A stretch of 44,166 bases of DNA. Source: an uncultured Chloroflexia bacterium. Lineage in GTDB: Bacteria; Chloroflexota; Dehalococcoidia; DSTF01; JALHUB01. The notes beneath the pieces are model-generated. The model made no database searches. It saw only the letters and a program-made list of their open reading frames with translations, and was not told the origin of the DNA. The DNA lies in contig CAVSBT010000001.1 in NCBI GenBank assembly GCA_963726245.1, positions 1-44,166 on the forward strand, in the 5' to 3' direction. The translations under genes were made by a program, and so were the position numbers. Shown here one piece after another: positions 10,269 to 19,727 of this stretch (its first letter is position 1; each line of letters opens with the position of its first letter).

Positions 10269-10423
10269 CGAAGGCCGGGCTTCGTGCCCGGCGTGTGACG
10301 AGGGCTGACGGCTGTCGCGAAGGCGACTCCCCTCGCGGGGAGCCGCCGGCGGGGACCGGTAGGGGCACCCCCCGCGGGTGCCCGATGGGACGTGACAGGG
10401 ACAGGGGCGAGCCCTGCCCCTAC
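10269..10423. repeat. REP cluster (GAAG-tagged hairpins plus an inverted GTAG pair)
   Basis: cgaaggccgggcttcgtgcccggc; cgaaggcgactcccctcgcggggagccgcc; gtaggggcaccc...gggtgccc (10359) paired with acaggggcgagccctgcccctac (ending 10423). Confidence 0.7.
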
Positions 10424-10449
10424 GTGTTTCGCAGCCAAAGGGAGGCATC

Positions 10450-11402
10450 TTGAGCCACGTTCACCCCAAGACGCGGAGCATCCTCGATACCGTGGGCGAC
10501 ACGCCCCTGGTCGAGCTGCACCACTTCGAGGTGCCGGCGGGCGTGCGTCTCTTCGCCAAGCTGGAGGGCCAGAACCCCACGGGCAGCGTCAAGGACCGCA
10601 TCGTGCTGCACATGCTCCAGCACGCCCAGGAGGACGGCTGCCTCCGCCCCGGCGACACCGTGGTCGAGGCGAGCACCGGCAACACGGCCATCGCCCTGGC
10701 CATGATGGGGCGCGCCCTGGGCTACCGGGTGCGGGTGGTGATGCCGGAGAACGTCTACCCGGAGATACCGCGGGCCGTGGACGCCTACGGGGCGGAGAAG
10801 GTCTGGGTGCCGGCGGAGCGCGGCGTGAAGGGCGCCATCGAGGAGGCGTGGCGGCTGGCGAAGAGCGAGGGCTGCCTCATGCTCGACCAGTTCGGCAACC
10901 AGCACAACTGCCTGGCCCACTACGAGACCACGGGCCCGGAGATCCTGGCCGACCTGCCGCGGGTGGACGTCTTCGTGGCCGGCCTGGGCACCGGCGGCAC
11001 GCTCATGGGCGTCGGGCGGCGCCTGAAGGAGGCCAACCCGGAGACGCAGGTCGTGGCCGTGGAGCCGCACCCGGGCTTCCAGCTCCAGGGCTTGAAGAGC
11101 CTGTCGGACGGCTTCCTGCCCCCCATCCTGGACCTGTCGCTGCTGGACGGGAAGATCCTGGTGCGCTCGGGCCAGGCCCTGGCGGGAGCGCGGCTGCTGC
11201 TGGAGCGGGAGGGCATCTTCGGGGGCGTCTCGTCGGGGGCGGTGCTGCACGCGGGGCTGCGCTGGGCCCAGCGCCTGCGGTCGGGGCAACGTGGTGCTCC
11301 TCTTCGCCGACGCCGGCTGGAAGTACCTGGGGTCGCCGGCCTTCGGCGAGTCCTGTGCCGGAGGGGGAAGAGGACGCCCTGGACGATGTAATATGGTGGT
11401 GA
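10450..11402 (+). CDS. cysM: PLP-dependent cysteine synthase, CysM-type (frameshift near 11285)
   Basis: VGDTPLV, AKLEGQNPTGSVKDR, EASTGNT, GLGTGGT, GVSSGA; the tail in other frames reads FADAGWKYL...EEDALDDVIWW*. Confidence 0.85.
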
Positions 11403-11413
11403 GGAGGTGGGCC

Positions 11414-11656
11414 ATGGGCATGACAGAGTGTCGGAGCCGCCTGCGCGCCTTCTGGCGGCGAAGGCTGCTGCGCCTGCGCGACCGCATCGACGCCCGCCTG
11501 GAGCGGCTGGAACAGAAGAAGGCGGCCCTGATGGAGTCGGCTGCCGGCGAGGAGGAGCCTTCGCCTCCGGTCCGCCGTCGACCGGCGCGACGCCGGGCCC
11601 GGCCGGCGCGACGCACGCCGCAGCGGCCCGCCGAGGGCCAGGCGCCGTCGGCGTAG
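11414..11656 (+). CDS. Small Arg-rich coiled-coil hypothetical protein (80 aa)
   Basis: GAGGAGG at 11401 precedes the ATG. The ORF fills the cysM-rpiB gap. Confidence 0.55.
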   Translation: MGMTECRSRLRAFWRRRLLRLRDRIDARLERLEQKKAALMESAAGEEEPSPPVRRRPARRRARPARRTPQRPAEGQAPSA

Positions 11657-11666
11657 CGGCTGCCCC

Positions 11667-12116
11667 ATGCGTATCGCCGTCGGCAGCGACGCGCGCAGCC
11701 ACGTGACGGACGCTGTGGTGGAGGAGTTGCGGCGCCGCGGCCATCAGGTGGAGACGTTCGGTCCTCTGTCCGACCGGCCGCTCCAGTGGGCGGACGTCGC
11801 CCGCGAGGTGGCGGAGCGGGTGGCGCGCGGCGAGAGCGATCAGGGGGTCCTCTTCTGCTGGACGGGCACCGGCGTGACGATCGCCGCCAACAAGGTACCG
11901 GGCGTGCGGGCCGCCCTCTGCGGCGACGCGGAGACGGCGCGCGGCGCCCGCCTCTGGAACGACGCCAACGTCCTCTGCCTGAGCCTGCGCTCCACGAGCG
12001 AGGCCGTCGCCCGCGAGATCCTGGAGGCCTGGCTCTCCACCGAGGCGCCGGACCCCTCGGAGGCGGAGAACATCGAGAAGGTGCGCGCCCTGGACCGGGA
12101 GCGCGCCCGCCCCTGA
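11667..12116 (+). CDS. rpiB: RpiB/LacA/LacB sugar-phosphate isomerase
   Basis: MRIAVGSD, GVLFCWTGTGVTIAANKVPGVRAA, WNDANVLCL. Confidence 0.9.
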   Translation: MRIAVGSDARSHVTDAVVEELRRRGHQVETFGPLSDRPLQWADVAREVAERVARGESDQGVLFCWTGTGVTIAANKVPGVRAALCGDAETARGARLWNDANVLCLSLRSTSEAVAREILEAWLSTEAPDPSEAENIEKVRALDRERARP

Positions 12117-12127
12117 GGCCGTCCTTC

Positions 12128-12241
12128 GTACGGGCCGAGCTTCAGCTCGGCCCTGGACAGAGCTCAAGCTCTGTCCGTTGATGCGATTGTAGGGGTCGAG
12201 CTGTTCGAACCCTGTAGGGGCGGTTCGCGAACCGCCCCTAC
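12128..12241. repeat. Cluster of four GTAG-type REP palindromes between convergent genes
   Basis: gtacgggccgagcttcagctcggccc; ggacagagctcaagctctgtcc; gtaggggtcgagctgttcgaaccc; gtaggggcggttcgcgaaccgcccctac. Confidence 0.85.
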
Positions 12242-12245
12242 GCCG

Positions 12246-12599
12246 TTAGCGCCGCCGCCGGCGCCTCGACCGGGTTGGCCGGAGCCGGGAGACGTAGTCG
12301 AAGGCGGATTGCAGCGTCGACAGCGCCAGGTCTGTCTCCTCCGGGCGCGGGCGCCACTGCACCCACTCCCCGAAGGGCACGCCGGGCCGCATCAGGAAGG
12401 GAGAGGCGTCGGGCCGGGCCAGGAGCCGCTCGCGGTCGGCGGGCGGCACCTTGACCACGAGGCCCATGTCGCCCCAGAAGGCGAACATGCGGCCTCCGAC
12501 CAGGTAGCAGTCGCAGCCGAACATGCGGCGCTTGCTGACGCCGGGCCAGGCGAGGGCGCGGGCATCGAGTTCGTCAAGCATCGGCTCGTGTCGTATCAT
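12246..12599 (-). CDS. TfoX/Sxy N-terminal domain-like protein
   Basis: GVSKRRMFGCDCYLVGGRMFAFW..GLVVKVP..F..EWVQ. Start at 12599 or 12581. Confidence 0.75.
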   Translation of the reverse strand: MIRHEPMLDELDARALAWPGVSKRRMFGCDCYLVGGRMFAFWGDMGLVVKVPPADRERLLARPDASPFLMRPGVPFGEWVQWRPRPEETDLALSTLQSAFDYVSRLRPTRSRRRRRR

Positions 12600-12611
12600 A
12601 GAACAAGGGCG

Positions 12612-12800
12612 ATGAACCGGCGCAAGACAAAGCCCAAGATACTGCCGCCCCACGTCCGCAACTACAGGACGACCTGCCCGCAGTGCGGTCGGACGTACGA
12701 GGGCAACTTCCCGATGTGGGTGCAGATCGGGCCGTTTCCCTGCATCTGCGGCGCCACCGTGCCCGCTCCTCGAAACCCCGCTCCCTCCTGGGACAGGTGA
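12612..12800 (+). CDS. Small putative zinc-ribbon protein (62 aa)
   Basis: MNRRKTKPKILPPHVRNYRTTCPQCG...PFPCICGATV with CxxC...CxC and host-like codons. Confidence 0.6.
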   Translation: MNRRKTKPKILPPHVRNYRTTCPQCGRTYEGNFPMWVQIGPFPCICGATVPAPRNPAPSWDR

Positions 12801-12924
12801 CACCTGCGAGGCCCGCCTCCCCGGTAGCCTCGTTCGCGCAATCTCGTAGCAATTTGGCGGCCCGACTCCTAAAATGGTGTCCGAGGGCGGCTCAAGGCCG
12901 CCTTGCGAAAGGGGGAGGGTGGGG

Positions 12925-13632
12925 ATGCCGGTGATCACGTTCTCCGGCAACCTGGGCTCCGGGGCCAGGGAGATCGCCCAACTGGTAGCCTCCCGCCTGG
13001 GGCTGGACTACGTGGACCGCGAGATCCTGGCGCGCACCGCCCAGTCGCTGGGCGTGAGCGTGGCGGCGGTGGAGCAGCGCGACGAGCGGCCGGCCACCCT
13101 GGGCGAGCGTGTGGCCTCCATGCTGACCAACTTCCTGGAGCGTTCCGCGATGGCGGGGGGCGAACCGGCGCTTGGGCCCGAGAGCCTGGCAGTGCTCCTC
13201 TCGCGCACGTACAGCCAGGCCATCAGCGAGCGGCCCGAAGGGCCGCCGGAGCTGGACGAGCGTCGCTACATCCGCACCATCACCGGCGTCATCGAGGCGC
13301 TGGCCGAAGGCGGCAACGTGGTCCTGGTGGGCCGCGGCAGCCCGGTCATCCTCCGTGACCGGCCCGGCAGCCTGCACGTCCTGACGATGGCGCCCTTGGA
13401 GACGCGGGTCCGGCGCATCGCCCTGCGCGAGGAAACGACGGCGGAGGAGGCCAGGCGCCGGGTCCAGGAGAGCGACCACGGCCGCGCCGCCTTCCACCGC
13501 AAGTTCTTCAAGGTCGACGCCGACGACCCGTCGCTGTTCGACCTGGTCATCTGCACCGAGCGCCTCTCCTACGAGGCGGGGGCTGACCTGACAGTGACGG
13601 CGGCTCGCGCTCTGGAGGCGCCTTCAGCCTGA
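12925..13632 (+). CDS. Cytidylate kinase-like family protein
   Basis: VITFSGNLGSGAREIA..LGLDYVDREIL, NVVLVGRG, DDPSLFDLVI. GGAGG precedes the ATG. Confidence 0.85.
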   Translation: MPVITFSGNLGSGAREIAQLVASRLGLDYVDREILARTAQSLGVSVAAVEQRDERPATLGERVASMLTNFLERSAMAGGEPALGPESLAVLLSRTYSQAISERPEGPPELDERRYIRTITGVIEALAEGGNVVLVGRGSPVILRDRPGSLHVLTMAPLETRVRRIALREETTAEEARRRVQESDHGRAAFHRKFFKVDADDPSLFDLVICTERLSYEAGADLTVTAARALEAPSA

Positions 13633-13645
13633 GGGGACACCGCCC

Positions 13646-14434
13646 ATGCTGGGTCCGGCCCTTATCGTCCTCGTCTCCTACCTCATAGGGGCTATCCCTG
13701 TCGCCTACATCTTCGGTCGCGGCATCAAGGGCATCGACCTGCGGGAGTACGGCAGCGCCAACGTCGGGGCCTCCAACGTCTTCCAGTCGGTGGCGCGCTG
13801 GGCGGTGGTGCCCGTGGGACTGCTGGAGATCGCCCAGGGGCTGGCCGGCATCATGCTGGCGAAGCTCCTGGGCCAGGACCTGGGCGTGCAGGTGGCGGCG
13901 GGGCTGGCCGCCGTCATGGGCCAGACGTGGTCCGTCTTCCTGGGCTTCAGCGGCGGGCGCGGCATCGGGCCGTCCATCGGCTTCATGCTGGGGCTGGCGC
14001 CGCCGGTGCTGGCGGCCTTCACCGTCGTTTCGCTGCTGGGCTGGCCGCTGCGCAGCTTCCCCCTCTCCGTGGGCGTGGCCATCGCCCTGACGCCCCTGGC
14101 CTCCCTCATCATCGATGGGCCCGGCCCGGTGGCTGCCGGCTGTCTCGGGATGGCCCTCATCGTCTTCGCCAAGCGGCTTCTCACCAACCGCCCAGGTCGG
14201 GCGGGCCTGCCCGCCGACCACGACTGGCGCGACGTCCTCGTGAACCGCCTCCTCTTCGACCGCGACGTGCGCGACCGCGACGAGTGGGTGCGCAGGATGC
14301 CCGCAGCGGCCGCCTCTAGGGGACCTGGTCACCGCCCTTTGGGTCTGCGTCGCGCGTTGCGCCGGCGGGAGATCTCAGACCAGCCGTCCAAGAGCGGCCG
14401 CGCGATGCCCAGTTGCTGCCTCAACTGGGTGTAG
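13646..14434 (+). CDS. plsY: Glycerol-3-phosphate acyltransferase PlsY (true end may be near 14319)
   Basis: SYLIGAIP, DLREYGSANVGASN, FSGGRGIG, several TM segments. The long overlap with the opposite gene suggests a 3' frameshift. Confidence 0.8.
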   Translation: MLGPALIVLVSYLIGAIPVAYIFGRGIKGIDLREYGSANVGASNVFQSVARWAVVPVGLLEIAQGLAGIMLAKLLGQDLGVQVAAGLAAVMGQTWSVFLGFSGGRGIGPSIGFMLGLAPPVLAAFTVVSLLGWPLRSFPLSVGVAIALTPLASLIIDGPGPVAAGCLGMALIVFAKRLLTNRPGRAGLPADHDWRDVLVNRLLFDRDVRDRDEWVRRMPAAAASRGPGHRPLGLRRALRRREISDQPSKSGRAMPSCCLNWV

Positions 14435-15507
14435 GACGTCTCGCCGCGCATGATGCGGCAGAGGCTTCGCCAGAGGTAGTCGCTGAAGCGGAGGGCGGCG
14501 ACATAGGGGGCAGGCACGAAGTGAAGCGTCTCTTGGAGCCGGCGCGATGTGACAATCTCAGGCATGATCTCCCGGTCCACGGCCCGCTCGTATGAGGAGA
14601 GGTCCGGCGCCTGCCCGGACAGGTACTCGCGGAGAGCCCCGGCAGCAAGGCGGGCGCTGAGGAAGGCGCTGGAGATGCCCTCGCCGGAGAGAGGGTCGAC
14701 GAGGCCGGCGGCGTCGCCCAGGAGGAGGGCCGGGCCGCGCACGATGGGAGCGCCGGGGGGGCGCATGGGGACCAGGTGGCCCCGCAGGTCGCAGAGGCGG
14801 GCTTCCGAGAATCCGAACCGCCGGCAGAGGCGGGAGAGGTGGCCTCGAAGCGTGGGGGCGGCGTATCGCCAGGCGCCGACGCCGAGGCTGAGGTGATCGC
14901 CCTTGGGAAAGACCCAGCCGTAGCCTCCGGGCAGGCTGCCCAACTCCAGGGCTACGAGGTCCTGCCAGCGGTCGAGAACGCCGTCACTGCAGGGTAGCCT
15001 TCCCTCCAGGGCCACTCCTCCTTCCTCGAAGGCGGTGAGGCCGAGGGCGAGGCCCACGACGCCGTAGGCGCCGTCGGCGCCGGCTACGGCATGAGCCCAT
15101 AGGGGCTCGCTGTCAGTGCGCACTTGTACGCCCCCCGTGCCGATCTCCACCGCGCGCACGCGAACGCCGTCCCTGAAGTCGACGCCGGCTTCGACGGCCC
15201 GCTCGACCAGGAAGGAGTCCAGGCGGCGGCGCTGGGTCATGTAGGCGAGGGGCTGCGGGTAGGAGCGGACGAACCCGGGGCCTCGGGGCAGGCGAACGTG
15301 CGCGCGGGAAATGGTGCGCTCGATGACGGGGGTCAGGTCGAGCGACAGCAGGCGGGCGGCGCGCGGACTGACGGCGCCGCCGCATGGCTTGTCGCGGGGG
15401 AAGGGAGCGCGGTCGAGGAGGAGGACGCTGGCGCCCTGGAGGGCCATCTCGCGGGCCAGGGTGCTGCCGGCGGGTCCGGCGCCGACGACGACAAGATCGA
15501 AAGTCAT
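14329..15507 (-). CDS. Geranylgeranyl reductase family FAD-dependent oxidoreductase
   Basis: VVGAGPAGS, FPRDKPCGG, GADGA, GYGWVFPKG, GDAAGLVDPLSGEGI. Confidence 0.9.
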   Translation of the reverse strand: MTFDLVVVGAGPAGSTLAREMALQGASVLLLDRAPFPRDKPCGGAVSPRAARLLSLDLTPVIERTISRAHVRLPRGPGFVRSYPQPLAYMTQRRRLDSFLVERAVEAGVDFRDGVRVRAVEIGTGGVQVRTDSEPLWAHAVAGADGAYGVVGLALGLTAFEEGGVALEGRLPCSDGVLDRWQDLVALELGSLPGGYGWVFPKGDHLSLGVGAWRYAAPTLRGHLSRLCRRFGFSEARLCDLRGHLVPMRPPGAPIVRGPALLLGDAAGLVDPLSGEGISSAFLSARLAAGALREYLSGQAPDLSSYERAVDREIMPEIVTSRRLQETLHFVPAPYVAALRFSDYLWRSLCRIMRGETSYTQLRQQLGIARPLLDGWSEISRRRNARRRPKGR

Positions 15508-15616
15508 GGTGTTCTCATCAAGCCAAGCCTCAGCCCGGCGACCAACGCTATCTCAGTGTAGCAGGCGGGGGTGATCGGGTAACCAGGGCTGGGCGGAGGC
15601 GCAGAGACCGCACTCC

Positions 15617-16507
15617 TCAGGCCAGGGCGATGATGGCGCCGACCAGGAAGACGGCCTGGAGGCCGATCGCGGCCACCAGGAGGAGGTAGCCGGCGGCCCT
15701 CTCCCAGGTGTGGAGGAGCACGGCCAGCCCCAGGTTCAGGACCAGGATGCCCAGGGCGGTGACGGGCAGCGTCAGGAGCTGCTCCTTGGAGGCGACGCGG
15801 GTGATGCCGCCCATGGGCGGGAAGGAGAGGGGGATGGTCGGGGAGAGGCCCGGGTAGCGGGCGAAGACGTAGCCGAAGACCACCGCGCAGGCCAGGATGG
15901 CGGCCAGGGCCAGGAGCTGGGCCGTGCCGTCGGACCAGAAGGGCTGGGCGGCGACGGTGTAGCGTTCGGGGGACTGGCGCACGGGGACGTGGGGCCCCAG
16001 ATCGCGCTGCTCCTGGATGTCGCGGGCGAAGCTCTGGGCGTCGGCCACGGAGAGGGCGTACGACTGGCTGGGCGTGATGAGATAGAGCAGGTCCTCCCGC
16101 GAGCGATGGGTGGAGTAGAAGAGGGTGTCGCCCACCCGTCGCACGGCGGCGCGGCCCACGTGGTAGCCGGGCCAGCTTACGCCGTCGACGCGCGGCTCCG
16201 GCGCCAGGCGCCCCTCGACCAGGCGCTCGATCTGGTCGAGGGGTATGAGCTGGCGGATGGCTCCCCAGCGGATGGCGAGGCCGTTGCGGTTGATGGCGTA
16301 GCGCAGGGTGTAGCAGCTATAGGTCCAGTAGCCGAAGAGGACGGCCAGGCCGAAGAAGAAGGTGGCCGCCAGGTACGGTCCCAGGGTCGAAAGGCGTATG
16401 CCGGCGGTGAGGCCCCGCGAGACGAGGAGGGCGGCCAGAGCCAGTGACCAGCCGGTCATGATGGCCCCGACGGCGGTGCCCAGCTTTCGGGGAGGGCGGT
16501 ACTCCAT
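15617..16507 (-). CDS. Membrane protein with bacterial PH-like domain
   Basis: Two N-terminal TMs, YAINRNGLAIRWG..IPLDQI, GVSWPGYHVG, SYALS, then three C-terminal TMs. Confidence 0.75.
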   Translation of the reverse strand: MEYRPPRKLGTAVGAIMTGWSLALAALLVSRGLTAGIRLSTLGPYLAATFFFGLAVLFGYWTYSCYTLRYAINRNGLAIRWGAIRQLIPLDQIERLVEGRLAPEPRVDGVSWPGYHVGRAAVRRVGDTLFYSTHRSREDLLYLITPSQSYALSVADAQSFARDIQEQRDLGPHVPVRQSPERYTVAAQPFWSDGTAQLLALAAILACAVVFGYVFARYPGLSPTIPLSFPPMGGITRVASKEQLLTLPVTALGILVLNLGLAVLLHTWERAAGYLLLVAAIGLQAVFLVGAIIALA

Positions 16508-16524
16508 GTCAGCGTCGCTGAAGG

Positions 16525-17474
16525 TCAGCCCTGCCTCCCGGCGGGCTGGAGCTTGGGGGAAGCCGCCATGCACCAGTGGGCGTACTTGCTGTTCTTCCCG
16601 CGCACCACGTCGAAGTAGAGCTTCTGGAGCTGGGCGGTGACGGGCCCAATGCGGCCGTCGCCGATGGGCCGGCGGTCCACCTCCACCACGGCGGTGACGT
16701 GGGCGGCGGTGCCCGTCATGAAGCACTCGTCGGCCACGTAGAGCTCGCTGCGGTCGATGCGAGCGCTCGACGGTCTCGATGCCGAGCTCGTCGGCGGCCA
16801 GGCGGATAACGGTGTCGCGGGTGATGCCCATCAGGATGTTGTCCGATCGACGGCGGCGTGTAGAGGCGGCCGTCGACGACGATGAAGATGTTCTCGCCGC
16901 TGCCCTCGGAGACGTGGCCGTCCATGTCGAGCATGATGGCCTCGTCGTAGCCGTTCTCCTGGGCCTCGGTCTTGGCCAGGGCCGAGTTGACGTAGAGGCC
17001 GTTGACCTTGGCGCGGGCGGGGATACCCACGTCCTCCACGCGGCGCCAGGACGAGGTCATGCAGCGGATGCCCTTCTCGATGTCCAGGTAGGGCCCGAAG
17101 GGGCAGACGAACACGAGGAAGTCGTCCTCCAGGTCGTGCATGCGCACGCCGATGACCTCGGAGCTCTTGTAGGCGATGGGCCGGATGTAGACGTCCTCGG
17201 TGTAGCCGCACATCTCCACCAGCTTCACGGTGAGGTCGGTGAGCTCCTCCACGCTGTAGGGGAGGTCGATCTTGAGGATGCGGCAGCTCTTGTGGAGGCG
17301 GCGGAAGTGGTCCTGCAGCCGGAAGAGGTAGATCTGCCCTACGTCCTCGTTCCAGTTGCCGCGGATGCCCTCGAAGGTGGCCGTCCCGTAGAGGAAGGCG
17401 TGGGTCATGATGCCGATCTTGGCTTCGGCCAGGGGGACGAACTGCTTCTGGAAGTAGGCGTAAGGCGTCGGCAT
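16525..17474 (-). CDS. ilvE: Branched-chain amino acid aminotransferase (frameshifts near 16850 and 16760)
   Basis: HAFLYGTATFEGIR, AKVNGLYVNS, GYDEAIMLD, SEGSGENIF, GITRDTVI, DECFMTGTAA. AAAGGAG precedes the ATG. Confidence 0.9.
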
Positions 17475-17505
17475 GGTAGGAAACTCCTTTCGCGAGGCAG
17501 GGGCC

Positions 17506-17514
17506 ATTATAGCA
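17506..17514 (-). promoter_or_regulatory. Extended -10 promoter for ilvE
   Basis: Minus strand TGcTATAAT about 30 nt upstream of the start codon. Confidence 0.6.
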
Positions 17515-17520
17515 GGTCCA

Positions 17521-17577
17521 GTAGGGGCGCACGGCCGTGCGCCATACGCGACCGAATGGCCGGCCGTGCGCCCTTAC
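17521..17577. repeat. Inverted GTAG REP pair
   Basis: gtaggggcgcacggccgtgcgcc...ggccgtgcgcccttac. Confidence 0.8.
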
Positions 17578-17587
17578 CAGCCTGCAA

Positions 17588-17617
17588 TTGACGCCCCGAC
17601 GGGCGGCGCGCTATCTT
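17588..17617 (+). promoter_or_regulatory. Putative sigma70 promoter of the MBL-gcv operon
   Basis: TTGACG-N18-TATCTT. Confidence 0.45.
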
Positions 17618-17675
17618 GGGATGACCCCCGAATGCCGCATCGACGTTCAGATTGCCGCCTGCAAGGACTTCTCCC

Positions 17676-18553
17676 GTGACCGAGGGCAAGGGCAGGTACC
17701 GCGTGGGGTCGCTGGAGCTGGTGGTGCTCAGCGACGGGACCTTCCGCCTGGACGCCGGCGCCGTCTTCGGCGTGGTGCCGCGCCCGATGTGGGAGCCGGT
17801 GGTGGAGGACCTGGACGAGTCCCACCGGATCGGGCCTGGGGCTCAACTGCCTGCTCCTCCGGTCGGAGGGGAAGACCATACTGATCGAGACGGGGGTGGG
17901 CGACAAGGCGCGCGAGAGCTGGCACGCCTCGCCCCTGGAGAAGGGCAACCTGCTGTCGGACCTGGCCGCCCACGGCTTCCGGCCGGAGGACGTGGACATC
18001 GTCATCAACACCCACCTCCACGCCGACCACTGCGGCTGGAACACCCGCTACCTGCCTGCGGGACCAGGCGGGCCGGACAGGAAGCTGGTGCCGACCTTCC
18101 CGCGCGCCCGCTACTTCATCCAGCGCGGCGAGTGGGAGGCGGCCCGCCACCCCAACGAGCGCACCCGGGCCACCTACCTGGCCGAGAACCTGACGCCCCT
18201 GGAGGAGAGCGGCCAGCTGGAGCTCATCGAGGGCGAGACGCGGGTGACCTCGGAGGTGGTGGTGATCCCCTCGCCCGGGCACACGGCAGCACCACGCCAG
18301 CGTGGTCATCACCTCGGGCGGCGAGGTGGCCCTCTACGTGGGCGACATCGCCCAGCACAGGGTGCAGTTGGAGCGGCTGGCCTGGGTGGCGGCCTTCGAC
18401 GTGCTGCCCCTGGTCTCGCTGGAGACGAAGCGCGGGCTCATGGAGCGCGCCGTCCGGGAGAACGCCCTGGTCATCTCCGTCCACCTGCCCTTCCCGGGGG
18501 CGGGTCGCATGACAACGACGCCGGAGGGCCGGCGCCGCTGGCAGCCTCTCTGA
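17676..18553 (+). CDS. MBL-fold metallo-hydrolase, YtnP-like (frameshifts)
   Basis: DGTFRLDAGAVFGVVPRPMW, THLHADHCG, PTFPRARY, PGHT, YVGDI, WVAAFDVLP. Confidence 0.85.
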
Positions 18554-18570
18554 AGGCCGAACGGAGTCCG

Positions 18571-19674
18571 ATGCCCGATAGCGAGAGCCTCCGCCGCAGC
18601 CCCCTGGACGAGCAGCACCGGGCCCTGAAGGCGCGCATGGTGCCCTTCGCCGGCTGGTCCATGCCCCTCCAGTTCGCCGGCATCCTCGAGGAGCACCGGG
18701 CGGTGCGCAACCAGGTCGGCCTCTTCGACGTGTCCCACATGGGGAGGCTGTACGTCAGCGGGCGCGACGCCGCCGAGCTCCTGAGCCGCGCCGGGACCTA
18801 CGATGCACGCCGCCTGGAGCCGGGCCAGGGCCACTACAGCCTCCTCTGCCAGGAGGACGGCGGTATCCTGGACGACTTCTTCGTCTACCGGCTGGCCGCG
18901 GACCGCTTCCTGGTGGTGGGCAACTCGGTGAACGCCGACCGCGACCGGGAGCAGATCCGGGGGCTGCTGGAGCCGCAGATGGACGCGACGGTGGAGGACC
19001 GGCAGGAGAGCACCGTGATGCTGGCCCTCCAGGGCCCGCGGGCCGTCGAGACGCTGGCGCGGCTGGTGGGCCCGGAGGCGACGCAGGGGCTGCCGCGGCG
19101 TCGCTGCACGGAGACGCGGTGGCAGGGAGAGACGCTCTTCGTGTCGCGGACGGGCTACACGGGGGAGGACGGCTTTGAGCTGGTGACGTCGGTGGAGCCG
19201 GGGAGGGCGCTGTGGGAGAGGCTGGTAGCGGCGGGCGTCCAGCCCTGCGGCCTCGGCGCCCGCGACACGCTGCGCCTGGAGGCGGCGCTGGCCCTCTACG
19301 GCAACGACATCGATACGACCACCAACCCCTGGGAGGCCGGCCTCGGCTGGGCCGTCACCCTGGACGACGGCGCCGACTTCGTGGGCCGGGCGGCCCTGGA
19401 GGCGGCGCGAACGCGGGTGGAGCGACACCTGGCGTGTCTGATGGCGCTGGGGCCGGGGATCATGCGGTCGGGCTGCGCCATCTTGCAGGGCGGGGAGCAA
19501 GTGGGTAGAGTTACCAGCGGCGGCTACTCCCCGACGCTGGAGGCGAGCATCGCCATGGGCTACCTGCCGTCCTCGCTGGCCGCTGAGGGCACCAACGTGG
19601 AGGTGGAGGTGAGGGGGAAGCGCCTGGCCGCTCGCGTCGTCCCGCGGCCCTTCTACCGCCGGCCGGCGGCTTGA
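18571..19674 (+). CDS. gcvT: Glycine cleavage system T protein
   Basis: MVPFAGWSMPLQF, EHRAVR, FDVSHMG, SRTGYTGEDGFE, GLGARDTLRLEA. Confidence 0.95.
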   Translation: MPDSESLRRSPLDEQHRALKARMVPFAGWSMPLQFAGILEEHRAVRNQVGLFDVSHMGRLYVSGRDAAELLSRAGTYDARRLEPGQGHYSLLCQEDGGILDDFFVYRLAADRFLVVGNSVNADRDREQIRGLLEPQMDATVEDRQESTVMLALQGPRAVETLARLVGPEATQGLPRRRCTETRWQGETLFVSRTGYTGEDGFELVTSVEPGRALWERLVAAGVQPCGLGARDTLRLEAALALYGNDIDTTTNPWEAGLGWAVTLDDGADFVGRAALEAARTRVERHLACLMALGPGIMRSGCAILQGGEQVGRVTSGGYSPTLEASIAMGYLPSSLAAEGTNVEVEVRGKRLAARVVPRPFYRRPAA

Positions 19675-19727
19675 CGAGATTCGCCGCAGCCGGCCCCATC
19701 CTGACCCAGCAAGGAGGCCACAGGGCC

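Noticed and set aside
17896-19674. MBL-GcvT fusion; likewise GcvPB-dehydrogenase (21626-24223) and IlvE-PH (15617-16831) fusions
   Set aside because: The joining segments are out-of-frame readings of the upstream gene, and each gene has its own stop and start.
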